From Candidatus Multivorans sp. (GTDB lineage Bacteria > Acidobacteriota > Thermoanaerobaculia > Multivoradales > Multivoraceae), in assembly GCA_965224025.1 (NCBI GenBank), contig OZ245033.1:1184001-1248000 (forward strand): a DNA stretch of 64,000 bases, read 5' to 3'. Position numbers and translations under genes: made by a program. The notes beneath the pieces were generated by a model. That model searched no databases and had not been told where the DNA came from. It saw nothing but the letters and a program-made list of their open reading frames with translations. Positions 1 to 10,303 of this stretch are shown here, in pieces; the first letter of the stretch is position 1, and each line of letters starts with the position of its first letter.

Positions 1-29
1 CGGGATCTGCTCTGAGCGCGCTAGCGCCT

Positions 30-722
30 GTGGTCTGGGGCGGCGCCGGTTTCCGCGGCCTCGCGTCGTGCCGGTCCGAGTTGCTGGCGGCGCTTCGGGA
101 ACGCTCGGACTGGGAGGTCGAACTCGGCTTCGGCAAGGGCCGGTTCCTGCTCGCGTCGGCCGCCGCCGCGCCCGGCCGCCCGTTCCTGGGCGTCGAGATG
201 GTGTCGAAGTACTTCCGGCTGGCGGCGCGGCGGGCGACGGCGCGAGGTCTCGGGAACCTCACCCTGCTCCGCGGCGAGGCGCTCTACCTGGTCTCGACCC
301 TGTTGGCCGAGGCGATGGCGCGCACCGTCCACATCTACTTCCCGGACCCGTGGCCCAAGAGCCGGCACCACCGTCGCCGGCTGCTCGACCCGCGCACCGT
401 CGATCTCGTGCTGTCGCTGCTCGAGCCGTCTTCGGGACGGTTGTTCTTCGCCACGGACCACCTCGAGTACGGCGAGGCGGTGGTGGAGACGCTGGAGGTT
501 CATCCGGCGGTCGACGTCGAGCGCCTCCCCGGCGGCTGGCCCGAGGGGCCGCGCACGAACTACGAGGCGAAGTTCGAGGCGGAGGGCCGGCCCATCGTGC
601 GGCTGGCGGCGAGGCTTCGGCCCGGCGCCGCCAGCCTGCTCCATCCGGGCGGCCGGGCGGCCATCCTGGTCGCGCCGGCCGCCGCGGGTCAGCTCGAGAG
701 CGCGAGCCGCACTTCGTCGTAG
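30..722 (+). CDS. trmB: tRNA (guanine-N7)-methyltransferase
   Basis: Motifs ELGFGKG, FPDPWPKSRHHRRRL, FATDH, TNYEAKF. The frame is open to the window start, so the true start may be upstream. Confidence 0.9.
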   Translation: MVWGGAGFRGLASCRSELLAALRERSDWEVELGFGKGRFLLASAAAAPGRPFLGVEMVSKYFRLAARRATARGLGNLTLLRGEALYLVSTLLAEAMARTVHIYFPDPWPKSRHHRRRLLDPRTVDLVLSLLEPSSGRLFFATDHLEYGEAVVETLEVHPAVDVERLPGGWPEGPRTNYEAKFEAEGRPIVRLAARLRPGAASLLHPGGRAAILVAPAAAGQLESASRTSS

Positions 723-861
723 ACGGCGTCGCTGCAGTGGACCCGGTAACGATCGATCCGCCTGAGGCCGGAGGCGGATTGATCAGCTCGAGAGCGCGAG
801 CCGCGCTTCATCGTAGACGGCGTCGCTGCAATAGACCCGGTAACGATCAATCCGCCTTAGG
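689..861. repeat. 79-bp direct duplication (689-767 / 783-861) of the HD hydrolase 3' end
   Basis: Copies align without gaps, 6 mismatches. Confidence 0.95.
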
Positions 862-1988
862 TGGCGCATGAAGTGGCTGGCCTCCTCAAGCGGCAGAAGC
901 CGGCCGCTCGCCTGACGGACGGGCACCCGGCCGCGGCCGAGGCGGTGCGGGTCCTTGGCGGAGTTCGAGACCAGAAGGCCGGCGCCGTAGCGCTGGCGCA
1001 GGGGTTCGAGGCGTCGTTCGAACGCGGTCTTCTGCTCCGGCGCCAGGTGCTCGTCGGTTTCGTGGGCGAGCCGGAAATGGGCGCGGTCGGTGATGGCGCG
1101 CGCGTGCAGGCTGTCCGAACGCCGCATCCGGGTCATCATTTCGCCGTCGTCGTCGGCCAGGAAGCGCTCGGGATCGCTGCTCCAGGTGATCCCCTGCTCG
1201 TGCAGCCACTCGTTCAGGTGGAGCTCCAGGGCCTTGCCGGTGACGTGGAAGTAGACCTGCGTGAACATGTAGTAGCGGGCCAGGATCAGGCTCTCGACCG
1301 CGTGCAGGCCCTCGGCGTCGATGCCCAGGCGGTGCTCGCCGGTCGCGTCGTCGTAGAGGGGCCGCACCGTCGAGACCACCTGGTCGAGGTCGAAGTTGCC
1401 GTAGCGGACGCCGCAGAACAGGGAGTCGCGCAGCAGGTAGTCCATCTTGTCGACGTCGAGTTCGCCACTGACGATGGGCGAGAGCAGCCGTTCCGGTCCG
1501 TCGAGCCGGTCGCCGAGCAGCCGGATCACGTCGGAGCTTGCAACGCCGTCGCCGAAGCGCTCGAAGACGCCGCCGATCTCGTCGCCGGCGAGCAGGCGCC
1601 GGCTCATCTCCTCGTGGTCGATTCCGTCCTCGAACAGATCCTCGGCCCAGTGGCTGAACGGGGCGTGGCCAAGGTCGTGGAGCAGAGCCGCGGCCCGGAC
1701 CAGGCGCCGGGCGCGCGCCCGCGGACCGGGATCGAGCGGCATCTCCTCGGCCCGCGCCAGAGCGTCGTAAACGCGCCCGGCGAGGTGCATCGTGCCGAGG
1801 GCGTGGCCGAAGCGGCTGTGCTCGGCGCCCGGGAATACCAGATGGGTCAGGCCGAGTTGGCGAATGGAGCGCAGGCGCTGCATCGGCTTCGTGCGGATCA
1901 GCGCCGCCTCCAGCTCGTCGGCTTCGATGAAGCCGTGGATGGGATCGCGGAAGGCGAGGTTGGGAGGCGCGTTCATCGGGGCAGCCAC
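783..1988 (-). CDS. HD-domain phosphohydrolase (dNTPase/SAMHD1-like family)
   Basis: RDPIHGFI, QRLRSIRQLG, HSRFGHALG, LLHDLGHAPFSH, DVDKMDYLLRD. Confidence 0.9.
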   Translation of the reverse strand: MAAPMNAPPNLAFRDPIHGFIEADELEAALIRTKPMQRLRSIRQLGLTHLVFPGAEHSRFGHALGTMHLAGRVYDALARAEEMPLDPGPRARARRLVRAAALLHDLGHAPFSHWAEDLFEDGIDHEEMSRRLLAGDEIGGVFERFGDGVASSDVIRLLGDRLDGPERLLSPIVSGELDVDKMDYLLRDSLFCGVRYGNFDLDQVVSTVRPLYDDATGEHRLGIDAEGLHAVESLILARYYMFTQVYFHVTGKALELHLNEWLHEQGITWSSDPERFLADDDGEMMTRMRRSDSLHARAITDRAHFRLAHETDEHLAPEQKTAFERRLEPLRQRYGAGLLVSNSAKDPHRLGRGRVPVRQASGRLLPLEEASHFMRHLRRIDRYRVYCSDAVYDEARLALSS

Positions 1989-2023
1989 GGGTTGCTACTC
2001 TACGGCTGGCTCCGGCCAACGCG

Positions 2024-2770
2024 ATGAAGTACCGCATGTCCAGCAGTAGCGCGCCGTGGCTGGGCGCACTGTTCGTGGCTCTGATCGCGGCGCCGACGCT
2101 CGAGACCCAGTCGCCGGAGGCGCCCACGGCGCCGCCCGATCCGACGGCGGAGGGCCTCGGTCTGCGCGAGAGGCTGGACCGGCTGGTGGAGCGGGTGAAG
2201 TACGAGCAGAACCGGATCGAGACCATTCAGGCGCGCTTGGTGCAGCACCTGACGAGCGAGCTGTTGCTGGCGCCGCAGGTGAGTCGGGGCTGGTTTCGCT
2301 TCCGGCCGCCCGACGCACTGAGGTGGGAGTTCGTCGAACCGGAACCTCTGGTGATTGCCATGAACGGGGATGTGGCGACTACCTGGTACGTCGATCTCGG
2401 CACGGCGAAAGTGACCGATGTCGGCAACCTCTCGGAACAGGTCCTCACCTACCTTGGCCCCGCCGGCAACCTGGAAACGCTGATGAAGTACTTCACGGTC
2501 CAGGTGGAGTTTCCCGAGCAGGAGGGGGATCCCTACTACCTGCACCTGACGGCGGACTACCGCCGGGTGGAGAAGTACGCGACGACGATCGATATCTGGA
2601 TCGATCGCGAAAGCTACCTGCCCCGGCGTTTCAAGGTCGTGCATGCCAGCGGCGACGAGAGGCTGATCGAACTCGAGGACATGGTGCTGAACGAGCCGAT
2701 CGACGACGAGGTGTTCATACTCTCGCTGCCGGACGACGTCGAGGTGACGAAGGTCGACCTCAAGCGATAG
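2024..2770 (+). CDS. lolA: Outer-membrane lipoprotein carrier LolA-family protein
   Basis: Signal peptide, RPPDALRWEF..PEP..I..NG...WYVD pattern. Confidence 0.75.
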   Translation: MKYRMSSSSAPWLGALFVALIAAPTLETQSPEAPTAPPDPTAEGLGLRERLDRLVERVKYEQNRIETIQARLVQHLTSELLLAPQVSRGWFRFRPPDALRWEFVEPEPLVIAMNGDVATTWYVDLGTAKVTDVGNLSEQVLTYLGPAGNLETLMKYFTVQVEFPEQEGDPYYLHLTADYRRVEKYATTIDIWIDRESYLPRRFKVVHASGDERLIELEDMVLNEPIDDEVFILSLPDDVEVTKVDLKR

Positions 2771-2777
2771 GGACCGC

Positions 2778-3935
2778 GTGGGTGAGCAGCTCGCTGCGGA
2801 GACGTCCGGCGTCGCCAGCCGGCTGCGGTTCCGCGTCGACCGCCGCGACGGACTCGCGCGTCTGGGTCGTCTGACCACGCCGCACGGCGAGGTCGAGACG
2901 CCGGCGTTCATGCCCGTGGGCACCCTGGGCGCGGTGAAGGGGATGGGCCACGACCGCCTTCTGGCCTCCGGGGCCCAGATCCTGATGACGAACCTCTACC
3001 ACCTGCTGGAGCGGGTGGGCGCCGAGCGCATCGCCGGCCTCGGCGGTCTGCACGGCTTCATCGGCTGGGACGGTCCGCTGGCGATGGACAGCGGCGGCTA
3101 CCAGGTGTTCAGCCTCGCGGGGCTGCGGCGGGTCAGCGACGGCGGGGTGGTGTTCCAGAGTCCACACGACGGCAGCCGCGTGGAACTGACCGCGGAGCGG
3201 GTGGTCGAGGTCCAGGAGCTCATGGGCGTCGACCTGGCGATGGTGCTCGACGAGTGTCCGCCCTGGCCGGTGGAGCGCGAAGCGGCGGCCGAGTCGCTGC
3301 GGCGCACGACGCTGTGGGCGCGGCGCTCGCTGGACCGCTGGGGCGCCGGCGGCGAACGGGGCGCGGCCGGCCTGTTCGGGATCGTCCAGGGCAGTTTCTT
3401 CGAGGATCTGCGGCGCCGCAGCGTGGCGGACCTGGCCGCGCTGCCCTTCGACGGCTACGCCATCGGCGGCGTCAGCGTCGGCGAGGATCGCGACCTGGGT
3501 CGGCAGGCGGTGTCCTGGGTGGCGCCCGCCCTGCCCGAGGACCGGCCCCGCTACCTGATGGGCCTCGGCACGCCGGAGGACATCCTCCATGCCGTGGGTC
3601 TCGGCGTCGACCTGTTCGACTGCGTGCTGCCGTCCCGCAACGCCCGCCACGGCACGCTGTTTTCGTCCACCGGCACGGTGCGGATCAAGACCGCCCGCTA
3701 CCGGGACGATCCGCGTCCCGTGGACGCCGCCTGCGGCTGCTCGCTCTGCCGCCGCTATAGCCGCGCTTTCCTGCACCACCTGTTCCGGTGCGGAGAGATC
3801 ACGGGCAAGGTGCTGGCCACCGAGCACAACGTGCGTTTCTTTCTGGACTTCATGGCCTGGCTGCGGCGGGCGATTGGCGCCGGCAGGCTGGCCGATGTCG
3901 GCGGCGCCGGCGGACCCGGAGCGGAACGGCGATAG
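2778..3935 (+). CDS. tgt: tRNA-guanine(34) transglycosylase
   Basis: TPAFMPVGT, DSGGYQVFSL, DLFDCVLPSRNARHG, CxCxxC zinc site. Confidence 0.97.
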   Translation: MGEQLAAETSGVASRLRFRVDRRDGLARLGRLTTPHGEVETPAFMPVGTLGAVKGMGHDRLLASGAQILMTNLYHLLERVGAERIAGLGGLHGFIGWDGPLAMDSGGYQVFSLAGLRRVSDGGVVFQSPHDGSRVELTAERVVEVQELMGVDLAMVLDECPPWPVEREAAAESLRRTTLWARRSLDRWGAGGERGAAGLFGIVQGSFFEDLRRRSVADLAALPFDGYAIGGVSVGEDRDLGRQAVSWVAPALPEDRPRYLMGLGTPEDILHAVGLGVDLFDCVLPSRNARHGTLFSSTGTVRIKTARYRDDPRPVDAACGCSLCRRYSRAFLHHLFRCGEITGKVLATEHNVRFFLDFMAWLRRAIGAGRLADVGGAGGPGAERR

Positions 3936-3999
3936 GGTATGCCCTGCGGTGCGGGCTGCGCGAGGCCCGCCTGTCCGCGCCATCCCAGGAGCACCACAG

Positions 4000-4320
4000 A
4001 TGATTCTCGTGATTCTCGATTCCTTCCTGTTTGTGGCCACCGGGGGCATGCCCTCGGGGCTCGTCCAGTTCCTGCCGCTGATCCTCATCGGCGGCATCTT
4101 CTACTTCCTGCTCATCGCTCCTGAACGCCGCCGCCGGCAGCAACTGCGGAAGACCGTCGAAGCCCTCAAGCGGGGCGACCGCATCGTCACGCAGGGCGGT
4201 CTCCACGGCGAGGTCGTGTCGACCGAGCCGAACGCCGTGATCGTGAAGATCGCGGACGGCGTCAAGGTCAAGATGACCAAGGCCGCGGTGACCGGTCTGG
4301 CGGAGGAGCCGAAGTCATGA
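4000..4320 (+). CDS. yajC: Preprotein translocase subunit YajC
   Basis: FYFLLIAPE, GDRIVTQGGLHG; AGGAG before ATG 4000; lies between tgt and secD. Confidence 0.93.
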   Translation: MILVILDSFLFVATGGMPSGLVQFLPLILIGGIFYFLLIAPERRRRQQLRKTVEALKRGDRIVTQGGLHGEVVSTEPNAVIVKIADGVKVKMTKAAVTGLAEEPKS

Positions 4321-5891
4321 ACAGGAACCTGATCATGCGCGGCCTGCTCGTGGTCGTCGTGGTGGCCACGTGCGCCTTCTGGGCGTTTCCGCTCGGCGAC
4401 TCGATCTCGTTGGGACTCGACCTGCGCGGCGGAATCCACCTCCTGCTCGAGGTGCTGACCGACGACGCTCTGCGGGCGGAAGCGCAGAAGGACCTGGACA
4501 GCCTGGTCCAGGAACTCGACGAGAAGGGCGCCCCCGGCGTCGCCGGCGCGGTCGAATCGCCGGTCCGCTTCCGGCTCACCGGCCTGGCGGCCGATCAGGA
4601 CGAGCTGCTGCCCGACATCCTCGAGGAGACCATGCCGTACTGGACGTGGAGACGCGACGGCGAGGACGTGATCTTCGACCGCCGGGCCGACGAGGTGAAC
4701 AACATCCGCGAGCAGGCGATCAACCAGGCCCTGCAGACGATCCGAAACCGCGTCGACGAGTTCGGCGTCGCCGAGCCGGTGATCCAGCGTCAGGGCCTGG
4801 GCAGCAACCGCCTGGTCGTCCAGCTACCCGGCGTCGACGATCCGGAGCGCGTCAAGAACCTGATCAAGAACACCGCGTTCCTCGAGTTCCGCCTCGCCGA
4901 GTATCCGCCCAGCGGCGGCGCGGCCGTGGACACCCAGGAGATCCTGGGCCAGTACGGCGGCACGCTTCCCGATCACCTCGAGATCCTGGCCCAGGACCTG
5001 CGGGACGACGACGGCAACACGATCGGCCAGGGCTTCTACGCGCTGGAGAAGCGCCCCGTGATCACGGGGCGCGATCTCAAGACGGCGCGGGCCTCGCTCG
5101 GGCAGTTCCAGGAGCCGGTGGTCAACTTCTCGCTCACCCACGAGGGCGCCGGGATCTTCGGGGAGTGGACCGGCGCCAACATCGGCAGGCCCCTGGCGAT
5201 CGTGCTCGACGGCCGGGTACAGTCGGCGCCGAGCATTGAGGGCCGGATCTCGGACTCCGGGGTCATTCGCGGGTCGTTCACCCAGCAGGAGGTCGAGGAC
5301 TTGGCGATGGTGTTGCGTTCCGGCGCCCTGCCGGCGGGCATCGACTACCTGGAGCAGCGGTCGGTCGGTCCGTCCCTGGGACAGGACTCGATCGACCAGG
5401 GAACGCGCGCCTTCATGTACGGCATCGCACTCGTGGTGCTGACGATGCTGGTCGTGTACCGCGGTTCGGGCATCAACGCGATGGTGGCCCTGGCCCTCAA
5501 CTTCGTGCTCGTGTTCGGCGTTCTGGCCTACTTCGGCGCCGCCCTCACCCTGCCCGGGATCGCGGGCCTGATCCTGACCATCGGCATGGCGGTGGACGCG
5601 AACGTCCTGGTGTTCGAGCGGATTCGCGAAGAGCTTCACAACGGGCGCACGGTCAAGGCCTCCGTCGTTTCGGGCTTCGGCAAGGCGTGGTCGTCGATTT
5701 TCGACGCGAACCTGACGACCCTGATCGCGGCCATCTTCCTGATCAACTTCGGCACCGGGGCGATTCGCGGGTTCGCGGTGACGCTCACCGTCGGCATCCT
5801 GGCTTCCGTGTTCACGGCCGTCTTCAACAGCCGGCTCCTGTTCGACCTGCTCCTCTCGCGCTCAGGCCGCGTCGAGCGTTTGTCCATCTGA
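4317..5891 (+). CDS. secD: Protein translocase subunit SecD
   Basis: LGLDLRGG, RVDEFGVAEP, GMAVDANVLVFERIREE. Confidence 0.97.
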   Translation: MNRNLIMRGLLVVVVVATCAFWAFPLGDSISLGLDLRGGIHLLLEVLTDDALRAEAQKDLDSLVQELDEKGAPGVAGAVESPVRFRLTGLAADQDELLPDILEETMPYWTWRRDGEDVIFDRRADEVNNIREQAINQALQTIRNRVDEFGVAEPVIQRQGLGSNRLVVQLPGVDDPERVKNLIKNTAFLEFRLAEYPPSGGAAVDTQEILGQYGGTLPDHLEILAQDLRDDDGNTIGQGFYALEKRPVITGRDLKTARASLGQFQEPVVNFSLTHEGAGIFGEWTGANIGRPLAIVLDGRVQSAPSIEGRISDSGVIRGSFTQQEVEDLAMVLRSGALPAGIDYLEQRSVGPSLGQDSIDQGTRAFMYGIALVVLTMLVVYRGSGINAMVALALNFVLVFGVLAYFGAALTLPGIAGLILTIGMAVDANVLVFERIREELHNGRTVKASVVSGFGKAWSSIFDANLTTLIAAIFLINFGTGAIRGFAVTLTVGILASVFTAVFNSRLLFDLLLSRSGRVERLSI

Positions 5892-5901
5892 GGGTTCGTC
5901 G

Positions 5902-7077
5902 ATGGAGTTCTTTCGCAATACGAGTTTCGACTTCATGCGCCTGCGGCGCGTGTGTCTGGGCCTCTCCACTGTCGTGGTGGTCGCCTCGCTGGGCTTCATC
6001 TTCAGCCGGCCGTTGAACCTCGGGATCGACTTCGCCGGCGGCACGCAGATGATCGTGCAGTTCGCCGAGCCGCCGGATATTCAGGAACTGCGCGGGCTGC
6101 TGGAGGACGCCGGGATCGAGAACGCGTCGATCCAGTCGTTCGGCACCGAGGAGGACAACTCGGTCATTCTCAGGACCCCGACCGCCGAGGAAGCCGGGGA
6201 AGAGAGCACCGTCCGGGTCGAGGAGATGCTCCAGCAGCGATACAACGGCGGCGTTTCGGGGTTCGACCTGAACCGGCAGGGAACGGAGGCGTTGGCCTCT
6301 CTCCTGCTCGAAGCCGATCCGGACGACCAGCGCGCTTCCGGCGACGACATCGCGGCCCGGGAGCACTACCGCGCGGCTGCGGCCGAGGTGATGGCGCACC
6401 GGCGGGCCGAGGGCCTGATCACGGACTGGTCTGCTGTCCAGCAGAGCGATGCGCTGAGCGTCGCGGCGGTCGCGGCGATCCGGGAGCGCGCGACCTTCGG
6501 CAATTTCGCGGTGCTGTCGAGCGACAGCGTCCTGCCCCAGATCGGCGGCGAACTGCGGCGCAAGGGATTGCTGGCGATCGGTTTCTCACTGGCCGGCATC
6601 CTGGCCTACATCTGGTTCCGCTTCGAGTTGCGGTTCGGTATCGGCGCCCTGGTCGCGCTCGCGCACGATGTCGCCGTCTGCCTGGGCCTGTTCGCGTTTG
6701 CCGGCTACGAGTTCAACCTGACCACGGTGGCCGCGTTCCTGACCGTGATCGGCTACTCGGTGAACGACTCCGTCGTGGTCTTCGACCGCGTGCGCGAGAA
6801 CCTGCGCCGCAACCGGCGCGAGAGCCTCGTCCAGGTGCTGAACAGGAGCCTGAATCAGACCCTGTCGCGCACCGCCCTGACCTCGGGCACCACCCTGCTG
6901 GCGGTTGGCAGCCTGTTCATCCTGGGCGGCGACGTGATTCGCGGCTTCTCCTTCCTGCTCCTTGTCGGGGTGTTCGTCGGCACCTACTCGTCGATCTACG
7001 TCGCCAGCCCGATCGTGCTGGTCTGGGAGAGTTCGTTCGGCCGCGAGCGACGGCAGAAGAAGGCGGCAGCGGCGTAA
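5902..7077 (+). CDS. secF: Protein translocase subunit SecF
   Basis: LGIDFAGG, GYSVNDSVVVFDRVRE, GTYSSIYVA. Confidence 0.97.
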   Translation: MEFFRNTSFDFMRLRRVCLGLSTVVVVASLGFIFSRPLNLGIDFAGGTQMIVQFAEPPDIQELRGLLEDAGIENASIQSFGTEEDNSVILRTPTAEEAGEESTVRVEEMLQQRYNGGVSGFDLNRQGTEALASLLLEADPDDQRASGDDIAAREHYRAAAAEVMAHRRAEGLITDWSAVQQSDALSVAAVAAIRERATFGNFAVLSSDSVLPQIGGELRRKGLLAIGFSLAGILAYIWFRFELRFGIGALVALAHDVAVCLGLFAFAGYEFNLTTVAAFLTVIGYSVNDSVVVFDRVRENLRRNRRESLVQVLNRSLNQTLSRTALTSGTTLLAVGSLFILGGDVIRGFSFLLLVGVFVGTYSSIYVASPIVLVWESSFGRERRQKKAAAA

Positions 7078-7086
7078 GGGCAGGCG

Positions 7087-9315
7087 ATGGCGCTCGCGAC
7101 ACGACCCCGGGATCCGCTGCCGGTGCGGGCGCCGGGGGACGTGGGGATCGCGGAGGTCATCCGTCGCCTCGAAGAGAACGATCGCGCCTGCGACGAAGCC
7201 TGGCTGCGTCGGGCCTACGAGTATGCCGAGCGGTCCCACCGCGGGCAGGTCAGGCGTTCGGGAGACCCGTACATCAGCCATCCTCTCGGCGTCGCCCACA
7301 TGCTGGCGGAGTTCAAGTTCGACCAGACCAGCGTCGCCGTCGGCCTGCTGCACGACGTCCTGGAGGACACGGGCGCAACGAAGAAGGATCTCGCGTCCGA
7401 GTTCGGAGACGAGATCGCCGACCTGGTGGACGGCGTGTCGAAGATCGGCCGCCACGAGTACGTCCGCAGCGACGAGGTGCAGGCGGAGAGCTTCCGCAAG
7501 CTGATCCTCGCCTCGGCTCGCGACCTGCGGGTGATCGTGGTCAAGCTGATCGATCGCCTGCACAACATGCTCACCCTGGAGCATCTGGAGCCCGGGAAGC
7601 GGCGGCGCATCTCGCGCGAAACGCTGGAGATCTACGGGCCGCTTGCCCACCGGCTCGGGATGTCCCGGATTCAGCGGGTGCTGGAGGATCGGGCGTTCAG
7701 GCACCTGCATCCGCACCACTACGAGGACATCCGCAAACAGCTCGACGAGCGCATCAGGGGCGCTCGGAGCACGACCCGGCGCATTGCCGAGCGCCTGCGC
7801 GAGGCGCTTGCGAAAGCGGAGATCGACGCCGAGATCAGTCACCGGGTCAAGGGCTACTACTCGATCTACCAGAAGCTCCGCCGCCGGCAGATCGATCTGC
7901 CGGACCTGTTCGACTTCCTGGCCTTCCGTATCATCACCGTCGACGTGAAGGACACGTACGCCGCTCTCGGTGTCGTCCACCAGATCTGGCGTCCCATTCC
8001 GGGCCGCTTCAAGGACTACATCGCGATGCCGAAGCCGAACCTGTACCAGTCGCTGCACACGACGGTGCTGGGCCGCGGCGGGCAGCCGTTCGAGGTCCAG
8101 ATCCGGACCCAGGCGATGGACCTGCTCGCCGAAGAGGGCGTGGCGGCGCACTGGCGGTACAAGGGAGGCCGCCTCGACACCGACGAGAACGACGTCAGCA
8201 TCGTCTGGCTGCGCCAGCTCCTCGAGTGGCAGCAGGAGGTGCCGGACCCGCGCACCTTCCTGAGCGCGCTCAAGATCGACCTGTATCCCGACGAGGTCTA
8301 CGTGTTCACGCCCAAGGGCGACGTGCTCTCGTTTCCCCGCGGCGCGACACCGCTCGACTTCGCCTATCGCGTCCACACCGAACTCGGCCATCACACGAGC
8401 GGCGCGCGGGTGAACGGACGGCTGGCGCCGTTGAGGACTGAACTCAAGAACGGCGACATCGTCGAGATCACGACGAACCCGAACCGCGAACCCAGCCGCG
8501 ACTGGCTCAACATCGTCGCCACGACGCGGGCGCGGAGCAAGATCCGTCATTGGATCAACGCCGAGCAGAAGAAGCGGGCGATCGAAATCGGCCGCACGAT
8601 GCTGACCAGTGAACTGCGCCGCTACCGGGTGAGCCCGCGCCGCGTGTTCGACTCGAAGGAGATGGCGGACTTCGTGGCCGCCGAGGGCTATGCGAGCGTC
8701 GACGAATTGTTCAGCCGGCTGGGCTTCGGCCGCGGTTCGGCGAAGCCGGTGCTGCGCGCGGTGCTGCCGCCGGAGCGTCTGCGGCGCCGGGACCAGGAAC
8801 CGGGCCGCCTGCGCCAGGCGGTGAGCAAGGTGCTGCCCCGCGACCAGGCGAGGCTGGTGGTCAAGGGCGAGAACGACATGCTCGCGTTCTTCGCCGGCTG
8901 CTGCAGCCCGTTGCCGGGCGAGGACATCATCGGTTTCGTGACCCGCGGTCGGGGCGTCTCCGTCCACTCCGTGGACTGTCCCAACGTGCGCAACCTGCTG
9001 TACCACCCCGAACGGGAAATTCGGGTCGAGTGGGCGCGCCGCAACGACGCGATGTTCGCGGTCACTCTGGTCATCGAGACCCGCGACCGGCCCGGCGTGC
9101 TCGCGCGCGTCACCGAGGCGATCGCCAAGCAGGGCAGCAACATCCGCCATATCGAGAGCCGCAACCGCGGTCACGGCGAGGCCGCGATCGACGTCGTGGT
9201 CGACGTCCGCAACCGCAAGCACCTGAACCGGCTGCAGCAGTCGCTGGAAGACCTGTCCGCGGTCCGCACCGTGAAGCGCCGGCCGGGAGCGCCCCCGGCT
9301 TCGGCCGCGGGCTGA
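7087..9315 (+). CDS. relA: Bifunctional (p)ppGpp synthetase/hydrolase (Rel/SpoT)
   Basis: HD domain (LLHDVLEDT), KDYIAMPKPNLYQSLHT, TGS (FAYRVHTELG), C-terminal ACT. Confidence 0.96.
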   Translation: MALATRPRDPLPVRAPGDVGIAEVIRRLEENDRACDEAWLRRAYEYAERSHRGQVRRSGDPYISHPLGVAHMLAEFKFDQTSVAVGLLHDVLEDTGATKKDLASEFGDEIADLVDGVSKIGRHEYVRSDEVQAESFRKLILASARDLRVIVVKLIDRLHNMLTLEHLEPGKRRRISRETLEIYGPLAHRLGMSRIQRVLEDRAFRHLHPHHYEDIRKQLDERIRGARSTTRRIAERLREALAKAEIDAEISHRVKGYYSIYQKLRRRQIDLPDLFDFLAFRIITVDVKDTYAALGVVHQIWRPIPGRFKDYIAMPKPNLYQSLHTTVLGRGGQPFEVQIRTQAMDLLAEEGVAAHWRYKGGRLDTDENDVSIVWLRQLLEWQQEVPDPRTFLSALKIDLYPDEVYVFTPKGDVLSFPRGATPLDFAYRVHTELGHHTSGARVNGRLAPLRTELKNGDIVEITTNPNREPSRDWLNIVATTRARSKIRHWINAEQKKRAIEIGRTMLTSELRRYRVSPRRVFDSKEMADFVAAEGYASVDELFSRLGFGRGSAKPVLRAVLPPERLRRRDQEPGRLRQAVSKVLPRDQARLVVKGENDMLAFFAGCCSPLPGEDIIGFVTRGRGVSVHSVDCPNVRNLLYHPEREIRVEWARRNDAMFAVTLVIETRDRPGVLARVTEAIAKQGSNIRHIESRNRGHGEAAIDVVVDVRNRKHLNRLQQSLEDLSAVRTVKRRPGAPPASAAG

Positions 9316-9454
9316 CGGGCTCACCCTCCGGCCTCCGGCGCGGACTGGACGGGATCGGCACGGCCACCGGGGCGGTCGTCTCCGCTGTTGGTCGCCGGCT
9401 GTCGGTCAAAAACTGCGAATGCAGTAAAGAAACTGGCTACTTCGACGGCCGATC

Positions 9455-9513
9455 TCTGGGTGCGCGGACCTTCTGGTCCGCATCCGGGCGCCGCCGCGAA
9501 GCGGCGAGCGCTA
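9455..9513 (+). repeat. REP-like palindromic element
   Basis: TGCGCGGACC-TTCT-GGTCCGCA hairpin plus CCGC-GAA-GCGG hairpin; related copies elsewhere in the window. Confidence 0.7.
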
Positions 9514-9582
9514 GACGAAGCGGACCGGGGGGCCGTAGACGATGGTGAAGAGCTTGCCCACGAATTCATGGAGGGAAAGAAC

Positions 9583-10266
9583 ATGATTGCGAACCGTCGG
9601 ATCCACCTTGTCGTTACCGTGGTGACCGCCGCGGCGATTCTCCTGGTGCCTGCCGCCCTGGCCCAAGACGCCAAGGAGCAGGCCACTCAGCACAGACGTC
9701 CGGCCGGGTCCGTGACCCTTCAGGCGATCCCGAGCAGCGTGCCCGAGACCGGCGGCGAGGTCGAACTGTTCGCTCTCGTGCGCGATGACCGTGGGCGGCC
9801 GCTTGAGAATGCGAAGGTGAATTTCCTCACCGAGACCGGCACGCTCGGCTCAGCGGGACGGTTGGTCACAACCGGAGCGGACGGCGGGGTCACCGACCGG
9901 CTAACGCTTGCCGCCTCCGAACTGGCCGCGGTGGGAGAGAACAGGTTTTTCCTGACGGTGGCGGTGGGCACCCCCGACGTGGCTCTGCGGACGGCGGACA
10001 GGGGCATCCGTATCCAGCGACTGCCGCAGGCTGCTTTCAAGTACAGTCCCGGCGGCCTGCTGGTCGCATTCCGCGATACTTCCGCGGGCCAGGTGACAAG
10101 CAGGCTGTGGGACTTCGGCGACGGAGCCACAAGCACGCGCCAGAGCCCGTCCCATCGGTTCGCGAAACCGGGTTACTACGCCGTGACCCTGCGCGCCGAG
10201 AACCCGGTGGGAGCGAACGAAGTGACCAGACTGATCTGGGTCCCCGGCCCGGACACGAGCGAGTAG
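9583..10266 (+). CDS. Secreted Ig-like (Big_1-like) + PKD domain protein
   Basis: GGAGGG RBS, signal peptide, PKD motif WDFGDG..STRQSPSHRF..PGYYAVTL. Confidence 0.8.
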   Translation: MIANRRIHLVVTVVTAAAILLVPAALAQDAKEQATQHRRPAGSVTLQAIPSSVPETGGEVELFALVRDDRGRPLENAKVNFLTETGTLGSAGRLVTTGADGGVTDRLTLAASELAAVGENRFFLTVAVGTPDVALRTADRGIRIQRLPQAAFKYSPGGLLVAFRDTSAGQVTSRLWDFGDGATSTRQSPSHRFAKPGYYAVTLRAENPVGANEVTRLIWVPGPDTSE

Positions 10267-10303
10267 ACGCTCTCTCCATAGCGTTCGTATACTGATTCGA
10301 GAG

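Noticed and set aside
689-861. DGR template/variable repeat pair
   Set aside because: Only 4 of 6 mismatches are at adenines of one copy, most changes are synonymous wobble, and there is no reverse transcriptase in the window
5952-9324. Long alternative-frame and antisense ORFs (829 aa, 912 aa and many similar across the window)
   Set aside because: Shadow ORFs of GC-rich genes; Arg/Pro/Ala-rich with no motifs
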